Positions 38,214-47,627 of a stretch of DNA of 64,000 nucleotides are shown piece after piece. Source of the stretch: Bdellovibrionia bacterium. Its GTDB lineage: Bacteria; Bdellovibrionota; UBA1018. The stretch spans positions 240,511 to 304,510 of the forward strand of contig JBBARP010000001.1 of NCBI GenBank assembly GCA_040399745.1, given 5' to 3'. A program made the position numbers and the translations under genes. Position 1 is the first letter of the stretch. Each line of letters opens with the position of its first letter. The notes beneath the pieces were generated by a model. That model was not told the origin of the DNA. It worked only from the letters and a program-made list of their open reading frames with translations, and searched no databases.

Positions 38214-38809
38214 GCAGACTCTGCGGAGCCTGGCTTCTGGCTCTTCTGGTTTGTGCTTCTGCTCAAGCGGACGACGTATCCAGTATTGCCGAAACTTCGC
38301 CCGCAGAGTCCTCTTCATCGGTTCACTTGGAGCCGCTCTTGGCCGTAGGCCTTCCTCAACCGTTGTCGGTGGGGCTTCGCTTTCGAAGGTCGCCTGAATG
38401 GGACTGGGAAACTGAAGGGGGTATTTTTTCGACGGATCTTTCGGATCGAACCCTCGCCGTATCCCACGTGCGCGTGGGCGGACGTTGGCACCCTTGGGCT
38501 TCGGGGCTCACGCTGGGCGCGCGTTTGGGCTATCAAAGCTACGAGATCTCGGGCGTGCTCCCCATCACTGAAACACAGGGCAGTATCCGCCTGACCAGTT
38601 GGTATGTGGCACCGACTCTCGGGTTCGAGTGGCGGTTAGGAAAGTCGCTGACCTTGGGGACGGACCTGGGGTGGCAGGTCTCGATCCATTCGGTCGGTTC
38701 CCTTTATGACGACGGAGTGCGGAACACGCGCGATAGCCTGAGACGGATCGCAGGGCTTTCTATTCCTTCAATCAGTGTGCTTCGCTTGGGTTGGATCATC
38801 GATCTTTGA
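38210..38809 (+). CDS. Small outer-membrane beta-barrel protein
   Basis: GGAGG and GTGA overlap with lptF/G stop; signal peptide ASAQA; alternating beta-strands with terminal aromatic. Confidence 0.6.
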   Translation: MSRLCGAWLLALLVCASAQADDVSSIAETSPAESSSSVHLEPLLAVGLPQPLSVGLRFRRSPEWDWETEGGIFSTDLSDRTLAVSHVRVGGRWHPWASGLTLGARLGYQSYEISGVLPITETQGSIRLTSWYVAPTLGFEWRLGKSLTLGTDLGWQVSIHSVGSLYDDGVRNTRDSLRRIAGLSIPSISVLRLGWIIDL

Positions 38810-38830
38810 GACGCAGACGGCCTGGAGCCC

Positions 38831-39790
38831 TCAGCGCACTTCGCTCATGAGCGAGAGAAACTCAAACATCAGCGCTGCACCGAGGAGTGCCGTCAGATCG
38901 GACTGATCGTAGGGCGGCGAAATTTCCACCACGTCCGCGCCCACGATGTGCAAGCCCTTCAAGCGGCGAACAAAGCCCAGAGCTTCACGAGACGTCATTC
39001 CACCGACGACCGGAGTTCCGGTGCCTGGAGCAAACGCGGGATCGATGCCGTCCACGTCAAACGTGATGAAGCAGGGCTTTCCTTTTCCGGTAGCGTGAAT
39101 CGCGGCAAAAAACGCGTCGGCTTGCTTGGAGTCTTGAAGCTGATCGATGTCGAGGACGCGAATTCCGTGAGCGGCTGCGAAGTCATCCGGAGCTGCTGAA
39201 GTGAGTGGGCCGCGAATTCCGATTTGGAAAAGGGAATCCTTCGCGATCAGTCCTTCTTCAAGTGCGCGCCGAAAGATGGTGCCGTGATGGTACTTCTCGC
39301 CCCAAGCTTGATCGCCCGTGTCGGTGTGCGCATCGAAATGAATCACGGTGAGTGCGCCGTACTTTTTGTGAGCAGCGCGTAGCTCGGCTAAGACCACCGA
39401 GTGATCTCCACCGATGCAAACGGTGCGAGCGCCTTCATTCTGAAGTTCGGTGACGCGTGCTTCGATGGCCTGAAATGTCTTCTGAATCTGAATGGGATTC
39501 ACTGCCACGTCGCCGGCATCCACGACATTCAGCTTCTCGAACACCGATGAGCCGGTGTGAGGGTTATAATTTCGGTTCAAAACAGAAGCGTCGCGAACCG
39601 CTCTGGGAGCGAATCTCGCCCCGGGACGAAAGCTCGTTCCGCCGTCATAGGGGATGCCCAAAATGGCGACATCCACGTTCTTTCCTTTGATATCAGGCAG
39701 ATAGGGGAGTCGATTGAAGGTCGCCAGGCCTCCGAAGCGGGGGTTTTCAAGAGGGTTCAAGGGACGGGTCCACTTAGGGGTGTCGTTCAT
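38831..39790 (-). CDS. speB: Agmatinase (ureohydrolase family)
   Basis: GIPYDGG, GGDHS, HFDAHTD, HGT, DVDGIDP, DVVE. True start 39790; the ORF-track extension is antisense to rplM. Confidence 0.92.
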   Translation of the reverse strand: MNDTPKWTRPLNPLENPRFGGLATFNRLPYLPDIKGKNVDVAILGIPYDGGTSFRPGARFAPRAVRDASVLNRNYNPHTGSSVFEKLNVVDAGDVAVNPIQIQKTFQAIEARVTELQNEGARTVCIGGDHSVVLAELRAAHKKYGALTVIHFDAHTDTGDQAWGEKYHHGTIFRRALEEGLIAKDSLFQIGIRGPLTSAAPDDFAAAHGIRVLDIDQLQDSKQADAFFAAIHATGKGKPCFITFDVDGIDPAFAPGTGTPVVGGMTSREALGFVRRLKGLHIVGADVVEISPPYDQSDLTALLGAALMFEFLSLMSEVR

Positions 39791-39799
39791 GTGGTTAAA

Positions 39800-39828
39800 A
39801 TCATAGGGTAAAAACAGTTTGACTTCAA
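39800..39828 (-). promoter_or_regulatory. Sigma-70 promoter of speB
   Basis: TTGAAG-N17-TATGAT, 9 nt before ATG; no SD. Confidence 0.7.
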
Positions 39829-39856
39829 TGAGGTGCTCCTGTAATCCCGAGCGCCT

Positions 39857-40360
39857 ATGTTGCAGCAAAAGTCTTACCAAGCGAAGCAAGTTGGCCCTCA
39901 TTACTTCGAGCCGAAAGGTCCGAACGCCCCCAAGTGGTACGTGGTGGATGCGAAAGACCAAGTGGTGGGTCGCATTGCTTCGATGATCGCGAAGGTGGTG
40001 ATCGGCAAACACAAGCCGACCTACACCCGTCACGCCGATGCCGGCGATTTCGTGGTCGTCCTGAATGCCGATAAAGTAGTTTTCACCCGCACCAAGTGGG
40101 AAAAGAAACTCTACTACCGTCACACCGATTACGTGGGCGGCCTCAAGATCACGACCGCGAAAGAAATGCGCGATCGGAACCCCGAGGAAATCATCCGTTT
40201 GGCCGTCTGGGGCATGACGAACAAGTCGAACCTGGCCCGTCACCAGATGAAGAAATTGAAAATCTACACCACCGGCGAGCATCCGCACGTCGCTCAGAAC
40301 CCCCAGCAGCTTCCGAAAGCCGCGACCTATCGGTCGGTGCTCGAGAAGAAAAGCAGCTGA
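39857..40360 (+). CDS. rplM: 50S ribosomal protein L13
   Basis: WYVVDA, GRIAS, KHKPTYT, GDFVVVLNA, YRHTDYVGGLK, HPHVAQ. Confidence 0.97.
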   Translation: MLQQKSYQAKQVGPHYFEPKGPNAPKWYVVDAKDQVVGRIASMIAKVVIGKHKPTYTRHADAGDFVVVLNADKVVFTRTKWEKKLYYRHTDYVGGLKITTAKEMRDRNPEEIIRLAVWGMTNKSNLARHQMKKLKIYTTGEHPHVAQNPQQLPKAATYRSVLEKKSS

Positions 40361-40389
40361 TTCGGCATTAGATCAGGAGAAATCAGTTC

Positions 40390-40788
40390 ATGGAAAAGCA
40401 GCAACACAGGGTCGGTAAGCGTAAGAACGCCGTGGCCCGCGTTTACATCCGCCAACGTGCCACCGATGAAGGCAATATCCGCGTCAACGATCGTTCGTTC
40501 GAGGATTACTTTCCTCGTCCGACGTCCCGCATGCTCATCATGCAACCCCTCGAGCTCACCTCGACCGTGGGTCGCTTTGACATCGTGATCAACGTCCGCG
40601 GCGGCGGCCTCTCCGGCCAAGCCGGTGCAGTTCGTCACGGCATTTCGCGCGCTTTGCTTCAAGTCGATCCGGCTTTCCGCCCGATCCTGAAAGCAGCCGG
40701 GTTCCTGACCCGCGACGCCCGCGAAGTCGAGCGTAAGAAATACGGCCTGGCCGGCGCACGCCGCCGCTACCAATACTCGAAGCGTTAA
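40390..40788 (+). CDS. rpsI: 30S ribosomal protein S9
   Basis: [31 protein letters not shown]. Confidence 0.98.
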   Translation: MEKQQHRVGKRKNAVARVYIRQRATDEGNIRVNDRSFEDYFPRPTSRMLIMQPLELTSTVGRFDIVINVRGGGLSGQAGAVRHGISRALLQVDPAFRPILKAAGFLTRDAREVERKKYGLAGARRRYQYSKR

Positions 40789-40819
40789 TCGCCTCGAGGC
40801 TGGGAAAGCCAAAATCAAG

Positions 40820-40855
40820 AAGGGCTGGATCCGCTGGATCCGGCCCTTTTTTTTT
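40820..40855 (+). terminator. Intrinsic terminator of rplM-rpsI
   Basis: 13-bp stem, 3-nt loop, 9-T run. Confidence 0.85.
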
Positions 40856-40893
40856 CGCCTTTTTGGGGTGGAACTCCCGTGGGGCGCGGACCT

Positions 40894-41517
40894 CTACGCC
40901 GCTTTGGGGGCGAGGGTGAGGGCGACCGGGCTCCAAGGGTGAAGCTCAAGCGCAAGTAACAAGCATTCCACCGTGCGGGCGTACTCGTGGGCAGCTTGAA
41001 TGCGGGAGGAGCGCACCAAGTCGGGAAGGGGGGGGCTTCCTTGGGCGCGAAGTTCGGTCAGATGGCGCTGGGCTCGCTGGAAATAAGGCTCGAGATCCGG
41101 GGTCAGCCTTTCGGCCAGACAGTGCAAGTGCTGAAGCGTGTCGTCCAGGGCTTCGGCCAGGTCGGTCGCGGCTTGCCCGCCTTCCAGGCTGGGCAGGGTT
41201 TCGTTGCGCGGGATCCAGTAATGAAGCCGCGCTTCGTGGCAGAGTGCGCGGCCCAGGTGTTTGCATGCACGCGCTAAACGCTCGGAGTAGAGCAATTTTC
41301 CCGAGCACCAGGCGTCAAAGGCCTGTCGATAAAGCGCCCTGACTTCGCCTGGGTCCACCTCGGGAATCGGCCCGCGGTCCCAAACGTGCGTCACTTCGCA
41401 TTCGACCGTCTGATGGAAGGCCTTCCTGAGCTCGTTTTCCGCGTTTTCTGGACCGTGGCTGAACATCTTGAAAGGGCTTGAAGCAAAAAAAAGGCCGTCG
41501 CCTGAATCTGATTCCAT
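40894..41517 (-). CDS. Hypothetical all-alpha protein
   Basis: Only sizeable ORF in the gap, amphipathic helices; start may be 41466. Confidence 0.6.
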   Translation of the reverse strand: MESDSGDGLFFASSPFKMFSHGPENAENELRKAFHQTVECEVTHVWDRGPIPEVDPGEVRALYRQAFDAWCSGKLLYSERLARACKHLGRALCHEARLHYWIPRNETLPSLEGGQAATDLAEALDDTLQHLHCLAERLTPDLEPYFQRAQRHLTELRAQGSPPLPDLVRSSRIQAAHEYARTVECLLLALELHPWSPVALTLAPKAA

Positions 41518-41548
41518 GCGACACTGAATTCAAAGGGCCGAGCCAAGG

Positions 41549-42841
41549 ATGGTGTGGAGCACCCAGAAGGAGAAGATCAAGAAACTCTCCGAGCGCATCG
41601 TCGATGCGCAAAGGCCGATCCGTATCCTGGATGCGATCAAGTGGGACGCTTCGATCGAAGAAGAGCTGAGAAAGAGCAAGTTCAAGGAACTGCCGAAAGT
41701 CGACGCGGCTTACTACCAGTCCATTCCCTTGGGTTTTGATCCCGTTGCCAAGCTCGATGAGCTGAAAGCTCTCGGTCAGGACATTAAAACCGTGCTCGGG
41801 GCCGATGACGAGCTCGGGCAGCTGATGGTGCGGATCACCGAGCAGTACCAAGACGTGGTCCACCTGCTTCTGGCGCGCGGAACTCCGAAGTTTCACGAGT
41901 TCTCTCGAAAGCTCTACGGCTCTCCGAAGGACTTCTTCTTCGGCGATAAAAATACCATTTCGGCTTTGGGGCAGCTCCTTTACGGAACGCTGACTCGGAT
42001 CGAGGATTCCGCCCTAGGGCAGCCACTTCCCGAGAATATCCCGGCCGAGCAGGTGGTGAAGACTCTGAATAAGCGGTTTCACGCTTACTTTCAGGACGAC
42101 CAGGTTAAGGCCAAGCTATCGGACGGGATCGTAGCGGACGCGTCAGCGGGCAGTGACGTCGTCAAAATCAAAGAAGGCTCGCTGTTCTCCGAGCGCGATA
42201 TCGATATTCTGGAAGTCCATGAGGGCTGGGTGCACGTCGGGACGACTCAGAATGGCCTGAATCAGTCGGTCGCTAAGTGGCTTTCCAAGGGGCCGCCTCG
42301 GTGCGCGGCAACCCAAGAAGGTCTGGCCGTCATCATGGAGATCTTCACTTTCCGCACTTATCCGCGGCGGGCGAGGCACATCAATGACCGCATTCTAGGC
42401 ATCGATAAGGCCGAAGACGGCGCCAATTTCTTGGAACTCATCGAATTCTATCGAACCGAAGGGTATTCCGAGGACGACTGCATCGCGAACGCCAAGCGCG
42501 TGTTTCGCGGCGGGGTGGTGTCGGGCGGAGCTCCCTTTACCAAGGACATTGCCTACTGCCGGGGCTTTATCGAGAACTACAATTTCATGCGGGCTGCGAT
42601 TCGAGCCGGTAAGCCGCAGCTCGTTCCGTTCTTGTTTGCGGGCAAACTGCATGTGGACGACGTTCCGCTTCTTTACCGAAAGCACTTGGAAGGGATCGTC
42701 GATGCACCTAAGTACCTTCCGCCTCAGTTTGCGGACATGAATGGCATTGCCGTCTGGATGAGCTTTTCAAGTTTCCTGAATCTGGTGGATTTGAAGAGCA
42801 TCCAGGAGCACTATGATAAATTATTCAGGTCGCATCTCTAG
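41549..42841 (+). CDS. QEGLA-motif (DUF1704) metallopeptidase-like protein
   Basis: HEGWVH (HExxxH), TQEGLA, RVFRGG, FTKD..Y. Confidence 0.88.
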   Translation: MVWSTQKEKIKKLSERIVDAQRPIRILDAIKWDASIEEELRKSKFKELPKVDAAYYQSIPLGFDPVAKLDELKALGQDIKTVLGADDELGQLMVRITEQYQDVVHLLLARGTPKFHEFSRKLYGSPKDFFFGDKNTISALGQLLYGTLTRIEDSALGQPLPENIPAEQVVKTLNKRFHAYFQDDQVKAKLSDGIVADASAGSDVVKIKEGSLFSERDIDILEVHEGWVHVGTTQNGLNQSVAKWLSKGPPRCAATQEGLAVIMEIFTFRTYPRRARHINDRILGIDKAEDGANFLELIEFYRTEGYSEDDCIANAKRVFRGGVVSGGAPFTKDIAYCRGFIENYNFMRAAIRAGKPQLVPFLFAGKLHVDDVPLLYRKHLEGIVDAPKYLPPQFADMNGIAVWMSFSSFLNLVDLKSIQEHYDKLFRSHL

Positions 42842-42878
42842 CATCGGCGTTTTTGCGCTCTCAGGGAGGATGGGGGAA

Positions 42879-43718
42879 ATGAAAAAATTCGCGTCTCAGC
42901 AAATGGGTTGGGTGGCAATGGCTGCTCTGGTGGTCTCGGGAATTTCTTCGCAGGCAGGGGCCGCGACCGGGGAAGTCGCTACGGTGGACGGCGTTTCCAT
43001 CTCGGGCCAAGAAATTTTCGATGCGGTGAAGTTGGGCAGCGAAACCCAAAAACGCACTTTCCTGAAAGACGCCATCGCCAAGCGCCGCGTTCTGGATTCG
43101 ATCATCGATGAGCGCCTCCTGGCATCGCGCGCTGAAAAAGACAAAGTGGATCAAGATCCTGAGTTCCAAGCGGCTTTGGCGCGCATTAAGCGCCAGCTCA
43201 TGATGGAGCGCCTGGTTGCTAAACAATTGGCAAACAAGTCCACGGCTGCCGCTGCCAAGAAATTCTACGAGCAGAACAAGGCTCTGTTCTCGATGGACCG
43301 GATCGCGGTTCAGCACATCCTGGTGGACGACTATAAGCGTGCCGTTGCGCTGAAGGCCGAAGCAGAGAAGGCGGGCGCGGATTTCCAAGCCCTGGCCGAA
43401 AAGAACTCGAAAGACCCATCGGCCAAGAATAATCGCGGTGATGTGGGTGTGATTGGTCGCGATGCTCCGTTTGCTGACAGCTTCAAGTCAGTGGCTTTCC
43501 GCACTCCGGTCGGCAAAGTGTCTGATCCGGTCAAGACCGACTACGGTTGGCACTTGATCAAGGTGACTCAGCTCGAGAAGGGCCGCACCCAGACTTTCGA
43601 GGAAGTCGAAGCGCAAGTGGTGACCCGCCTTCGTCAACAGCTTCTGGGTGAGTACCTCTTGAAGCTGCGCGAGCAAGCCAAGATCCAGATCAACGATCAA
43701 GCCATCGAAAAGCTCTGA
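42879..43718 (+). CDS. PpiC/parvulin peptidyl-prolyl isomerase (PrsA/SurA-like)
   Basis: GGAGG SD, signal peptide, QHILV, FQALAEKNSKDP, RGDVG, VKTDYGWHLIKV. Confidence 0.92.
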   Translation: MKKFASQQMGWVAMAALVVSGISSQAGAATGEVATVDGVSISGQEIFDAVKLGSETQKRTFLKDAIAKRRVLDSIIDERLLASRAEKDKVDQDPEFQAALARIKRQLMMERLVAKQLANKSTAAAAKKFYEQNKALFSMDRIAVQHILVDDYKRAVALKAEAEKAGADFQALAEKNSKDPSAKNNRGDVGVIGRDAPFADSFKSVAFRTPVGKVSDPVKTDYGWHLIKVTQLEKGRTQTFEEVEAQVVTRLRQQLLGEYLLKLREQAKIQINDQAIEKL

Positions 43719-43731
43719 AGTTTCGATCGTC

Positions 43732-45153
43732 TCACCCGCCGTTGTAATCGCGGGCGTTGATTCCGTACTTTTCCAGCTTTCGAAGCAGTGTCTTCTTCGG
43801 GATGTTTGCCTGAAGAGCCGTTTGATTGATTCTGCCTTTGAACTTTTTCAAAGCCTGAATCAAGAACTCGCGCTCGAAGGCTTCCTTGCTGCTTTGGAAA
43901 TCCAGCGGCACTGAAACGGACACTCGGGTGTCGTCCGTCGGTGTTGTCGCCTGGCTCGGCCCAGTGGGAGTCGAGGCTGGCGCAGAACCCAGGCGTACCG
44001 AAGTCGGTAAGCTATCCCAGGCAATGAGATCGCTCACTTCGATGACGAAGGCATGTTCCACGACGTTCTCGAGTTCGCGGATGTTCCCTGGCCAGGAGTG
44101 GTTGCGAAGGGCTTCCAAGGCTTCTGGCGTGAAGCCTTGAACCGAGCGGCTGTGGCGCGAATTGAATTTCGCGACAAAGTGATCGGTCAGAGGCTCAAGG
44201 TCATTCTTTCTTTCCCGAAGCGGCGGAAGAACGATCGGTAGGACATTCAGGCGATAAAATAGGTCCTCACGGAATTGACCGTCCCGAATCATCTGTTCCA
44301 GATTTCGATTGGTCGCAGCCACGATCCGGACATTCACTTCAATCTCGCGATTCGAGCCGACCGGAGTGAATCGCTTTTCCTGCAGGGCTCGCAGCAGCTT
44401 CACCTGCATGGCAGGCGAAATATCGCCGATTTCGTCCAGGAAAAGGGTTCCGCCGTCAGCGTACTGGAACATGCCGATTTTTCGGCTGTCGGCGCCCGTG
44501 AATGCGCCTTTCTCATGACCGAAGAACTCGCTCTCGATCAGGTTCTCAGGAACAGCCGAGCAGTTCACCGTGACAAACCGTTGATCTTTCCTGGTGGAGT
44601 TGTGATGCAGGGCTTGGGCGACCAGTTCCTTTCCCGTACCACTTTCCCCGCGAATCAAGACGGCAGTGTCCACGCGGCAAAGCTTCGTGATGATCGAGAA
44701 AATTCGCTGCATCCCGGTGCTTTGGCCGACGAACTCGGAGCCCCCTGGGAGTCGTACCTGGGGCGCAGAAAGAGCAACGTTCCTCACTAAGTTCCGGGCT
44801 CGTAAGGCGCGGTCCACCAGGGCCACGAGGTTTTCCGATCGAATCGGCTTCTCTAGGTAGTTCCAAGCGCCTTCGCGAGTGGTCTCGACGGCGTCGCGCA
44901 CGTTTGCAAAAGCAGTGAGTAAAATCACGATGATCGATGGGTCGTGGGCTTTGATTTCTTTCAAAGCTTCGCTGCCATTCATGCGCGGCATATTCATGTC
45001 GAGCAGGACCAGATCGTATTTCCCAGCTCGCACGCGGTTCACGGCTTCTTCGCCGTCCGAAGCGTAATCCACTTCGTGGCTGCTTTCGGACAGAGCAGAA
45101 CCGACGGTGCTTCGAAGATCGCGATCATCATCGACGACGAGGACTTTAAACAT
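43732..45153 (-). CDS. NtrC-family sigma-54 response regulator
   Basis: VVDDD, LLDMNMP, KP; GESGTGKE, GAFTGA, FLDEIG; C-terminal HTH. Confidence 0.95.
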   Translation of the reverse strand: MFKVLVVDDDRDLRSTVGSALSESSHEVDYASDGEEAVNRVRAGKYDLVLLDMNMPRMNGSEALKEIKAHDPSIIVILLTAFANVRDAVETTREGAWNYLEKPIRSENLVALVDRALRARNLVRNVALSAPQVRLPGGSEFVGQSTGMQRIFSIITKLCRVDTAVLIRGESGTGKELVAQALHHNSTRKDQRFVTVNCSAVPENLIESEFFGHEKGAFTGADSRKIGMFQYADGGTLFLDEIGDISPAMQVKLLRALQEKRFTPVGSNREIEVNVRIVAATNRNLEQMIRDGQFREDLFYRLNVLPIVLPPLRERKNDLEPLTDHFVAKFNSRHSRSVQGFTPEALEALRNHSWPGNIRELENVVEHAFVIEVSDLIAWDSLPTSVRLGSAPASTPTGPSQATTPTDDTRVSVSVPLDFQSSKEAFEREFLIQALKKFKGRINQTALQANIPKKTLLRKLEKYGINARDYNGG

Positions 45154-47071
45154 GCGTTCCTCCTGAGTTCGAAAGTTCTTGGGGGAGCTCGATCTGGAAA
45201 GTGCTTCCTTTTCCGGGGTGGCTTCTCACGGAAAGCTGTCCTTGATGGGCTTCTACGAAATAGCGGCTCAGGTAAAGCCCCAATCCGGTTCCCGGAACCT
45301 CCAGAACTCGTGGATCCGATCCTCGGTAAAAGCGGGAAAAAACCTGGCTCGCTTCGGCTTCGGTCAAGCCGATGCCGTTGTCCTTCACTGAAATTTGTAC
45401 GTTCTTTCCAGCTTCTCGCGTTTGGATCACGACTTGACCGCCATCGGGGGAATACTTCAGGGCGTTGTCGATCAGGTTGGAAATCACCATCGCCATCAAG
45501 CGTGGATCCATTTGAATCGGGAAGAGCGGCTCGAGGTCGGCCTCAAGCTGGATACCCCGCCGCTCAGCCTGCGGGAGAAAGTCTTGAGTCAGGCCTTCAA
45601 TCAAGCGATTCAGATCGCGGCTCTCCAGGCGCAGCTTCGGCGCCTCGGATTCCAGTCGGCTGAGTTCCAGGATGCTCGTGATGAAGCGGTTCAGATCGTC
45701 GGTGGAACGCAAGATTCCCTGAAGCGGCTCGCGTTCGTCCTCGTTGGGAAGATGGGCGCGCGGATTTTCTATCCGCCGTAGAAGCTGCTCGGTCAGCCCT
45801 TGGATTCGGGCCACTGGGGTCTTCAGGTCATGAGTCACGAGCGAAAGAAAGTGACGCTTCAATTCTTCGACTTGTTGCAGAAGTTCAGCCTTCCGTTGGT
45901 ACTCCCAGCGGCTCCGAAATTCCCGGATCAGGCGGTAAGGCACCGCTAAGTAAAAGGCCAGGAGTGCGCCCAGTAGCGGATGGCTCAGCCGGATCCAAAA
46001 GGAACTCCATGAGAAACTGATGAATCCCAGACCCAAGATCGTGAAGATCACGGTTGCAGCAAACGCCAGGCCTCGAAGTGGCGAGGTGACTAAGACCCCG
46101 GCACAAACCAGAAAGATGGCCAGGAAGGTCAGGGTCGCGTTTTGCCAAGGCTGAGCGCGGATGACGCCGTCGTTTCGATTGAGCGCGTCCCAGATCGCAC
46201 CGTGAACGGCTAGCTTCGGTTGAGTGAAGGCTTGGCGGCTCAAGGGAGTCGAAGTGAAATCGCCGGCATCCTGTCGAATCCAGCTCCCGATCAGGACCGT
46301 TCGATCCCGGAAAATTTCAGGCGAGACTTTGCCTTCCAAGACCTGGCTTGCACGAACCACGGGATAAGGAATTTTCTCGGAAGAGAAGCCCTGGGGGTAC
46401 CGGAAAAAGACTAATCGCGATCCCGGGTCGTCCAAAGTGTAGGAACCTTGGGTTGGGAACGGAATCGAGGCTGCTGACTCCTGGATTCCGAGAGCCAAGA
46501 TCGAGTGAAAGCTGGGACGTCCCTCAAAGGAAACCCAGGCTCGGCGCGTGACTTTATCTTCGGCAAAGACATTGCCGTCCCGATGAATCACTGCGAGCGC
46601 GTGAGGCAGATCGCTGAGCGGCCAAGGAGGCAAGACCTCTCCGACCACGTCGTAGGAAGTTCCGAGCAGGAAGCGGCTGCCCTGGTTTTTCATAGTCCTT
46701 GCGGCCTGCACCAAGCGTTTGGCCTCGCTCAAGCGAAGTGTGGGATCCGTGACTTCGTGGCTGCGGGAAAGGTCCGTAAGCAGTCCCACGCTCTTTGGAT
46801 GGGCTTTTACGAGGAACTCAAGAAGGCGAGCGTGGCTGGATAACGAAAGAGGGGGGAGCTCGCCGAGATCAGCGGACGAGGCATCGTCCACTGCAACCAG
46901 GATTAGATCCGATGCGGCTTGTGGGCGAGAGGCATAGCGAATCCGAGCATCGTAGAGCTCGGCCTCGAGCCGATCCCAGCTGATCGATTGAAGGCCTGCC
47001 GTCAGGAGAGCGGCAAGAGCCGCTACCCAGGCTAGTCTTCTTTTTCGAAGTTCGGGACGGGAAGTAGTCAT
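45146..47071 (-). CDS. CHASE2-domain sensor histidine kinase
   Basis: LILVAVDDAS, TVLIGS (CHASE2), three TMs, H-box THDLKTP, NLIDNALKY, DNGIG, GTGLGL. Confidence 0.9.
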   Translation of the reverse strand: MTTSRPELRKRRLAWVAALAALLTAGLQSISWDRLEAELYDARIRYASRPQAASDLILVAVDDASSADLGELPPLSLSSHARLLEFLVKAHPKSVGLLTDLSRSHEVTDPTLRLSEAKRLVQAARTMKNQGSRFLLGTSYDVVGEVLPPWPLSDLPHALAVIHRDGNVFAEDKVTRRAWVSFEGRPSFHSILALGIQESAASIPFPTQGSYTLDDPGSRLVFFRYPQGFSSEKIPYPVVRASQVLEGKVSPEIFRDRTVLIGSWIRQDAGDFTSTPLSRQAFTQPKLAVHGAIWDALNRNDGVIRAQPWQNATLTFLAIFLVCAGVLVTSPLRGLAFAATVIFTILGLGFISFSWSSFWIRLSHPLLGALLAFYLAVPYRLIREFRSRWEYQRKAELLQQVEELKRHFLSLVTHDLKTPVARIQGLTEQLLRRIENPRAHLPNEDEREPLQGILRSTDDLNRFITSILELSRLESEAPKLRLESRDLNRLIEGLTQDFLPQAERRGIQLEADLEPLFPIQMDPRLMAMVISNLIDNALKYSPDGGQVVIQTREAGKNVQISVKDNGIGLTEAEASQVFSRFYRGSDPRVLEVPGTGLGLYLSRYFVEAHQGQLSVRSHPGKGSTFQIELPQELSNSGGTHV

Positions 47072-47150
47072 CGGGTGAACACCCCAGGAGTCAGGCCGAA
47101 CGGCCAGACAGGGCCTTTCTTAAATCGAAACCAATGAAAAGCCAAGTCCC

Positions 47151-47166
47151 CGGCATTCCCATTGCA
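47151..47166 (+). promoter_or_regulatory. Sigma-54 -24/-12 promoter of the SPW gene
   Basis: CGGCATTCCCATTGCA: GG-N10-GC with CA and TT consensus bases, about 40 nt before ATG. Confidence 0.8.
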
Positions 47167-47206
47167 ATCCGGAGGGGTGTCACCCGGAAAACAGGAGAGG
47201 TTTCCT

Positions 47207-47602
47207 ATGATGTCCCTCAAGACCCACAATCTTTTCGATTACGCAGGGGCGGCCTTCCTGGCCCTTTGTCCCTGGATCTTCGGCTTTCAGTATGTTGACC
47301 CCGCTCGGGCTGTATTCGTGACTCTCGGCCTATCCTTGGCCGTCTATAGCGGTCTGACTCGGTATCGCTACTCGCTGGTGAAATTCATCCCGCTCGGTGT
47401 CCATATGTTCCTGGATGCGGCGATCGGGGTCATCCTGATGCTTGCGCCGTCGATCTTTGGCTATCGGGACCTGATCAGCGGCTCGCAGTACTTGCTCCAC
47501 TTCGTTTGCGGGCTCGGCGCCCTAGGCTTAGTGGCCTTTACCCGGCCGCGTGCCGAGGAAAGCGTCACCGGTCAGCGAGAGCCGCTGAAGCGGGTGGCCT
47601 GA
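47207..47602 (+). CDS. SPW-repeat membrane protein
   Basis: H..FDY, CPWIFGF, YSGLTRY, H..LD, APSIFGY; four TMs; SD AGGAG. Confidence 0.8.
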   Translation: MMSLKTHNLFDYAGAAFLALCPWIFGFQYVDPARAVFVTLGLSLAVYSGLTRYRYSLVKFIPLGVHMFLDAAIGVILMLAPSIFGYRDLISGSQYLLHFVCGLGALGLVAFTRPRAEESVTGQREPLKRVA

Positions 47603-47627
47603 CCAGGCTGACCCCAGCCCCCTCAAA

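Noticed and set aside
39791-40288. N-terminal extension of the agmatinase ORF (also 53881-54279 and 55643-56395 extensions)
   Set aside because: These overlap real genes on another frame or strand; internal ATGs with a promoter or stop/start overlap give normal-length proteins.
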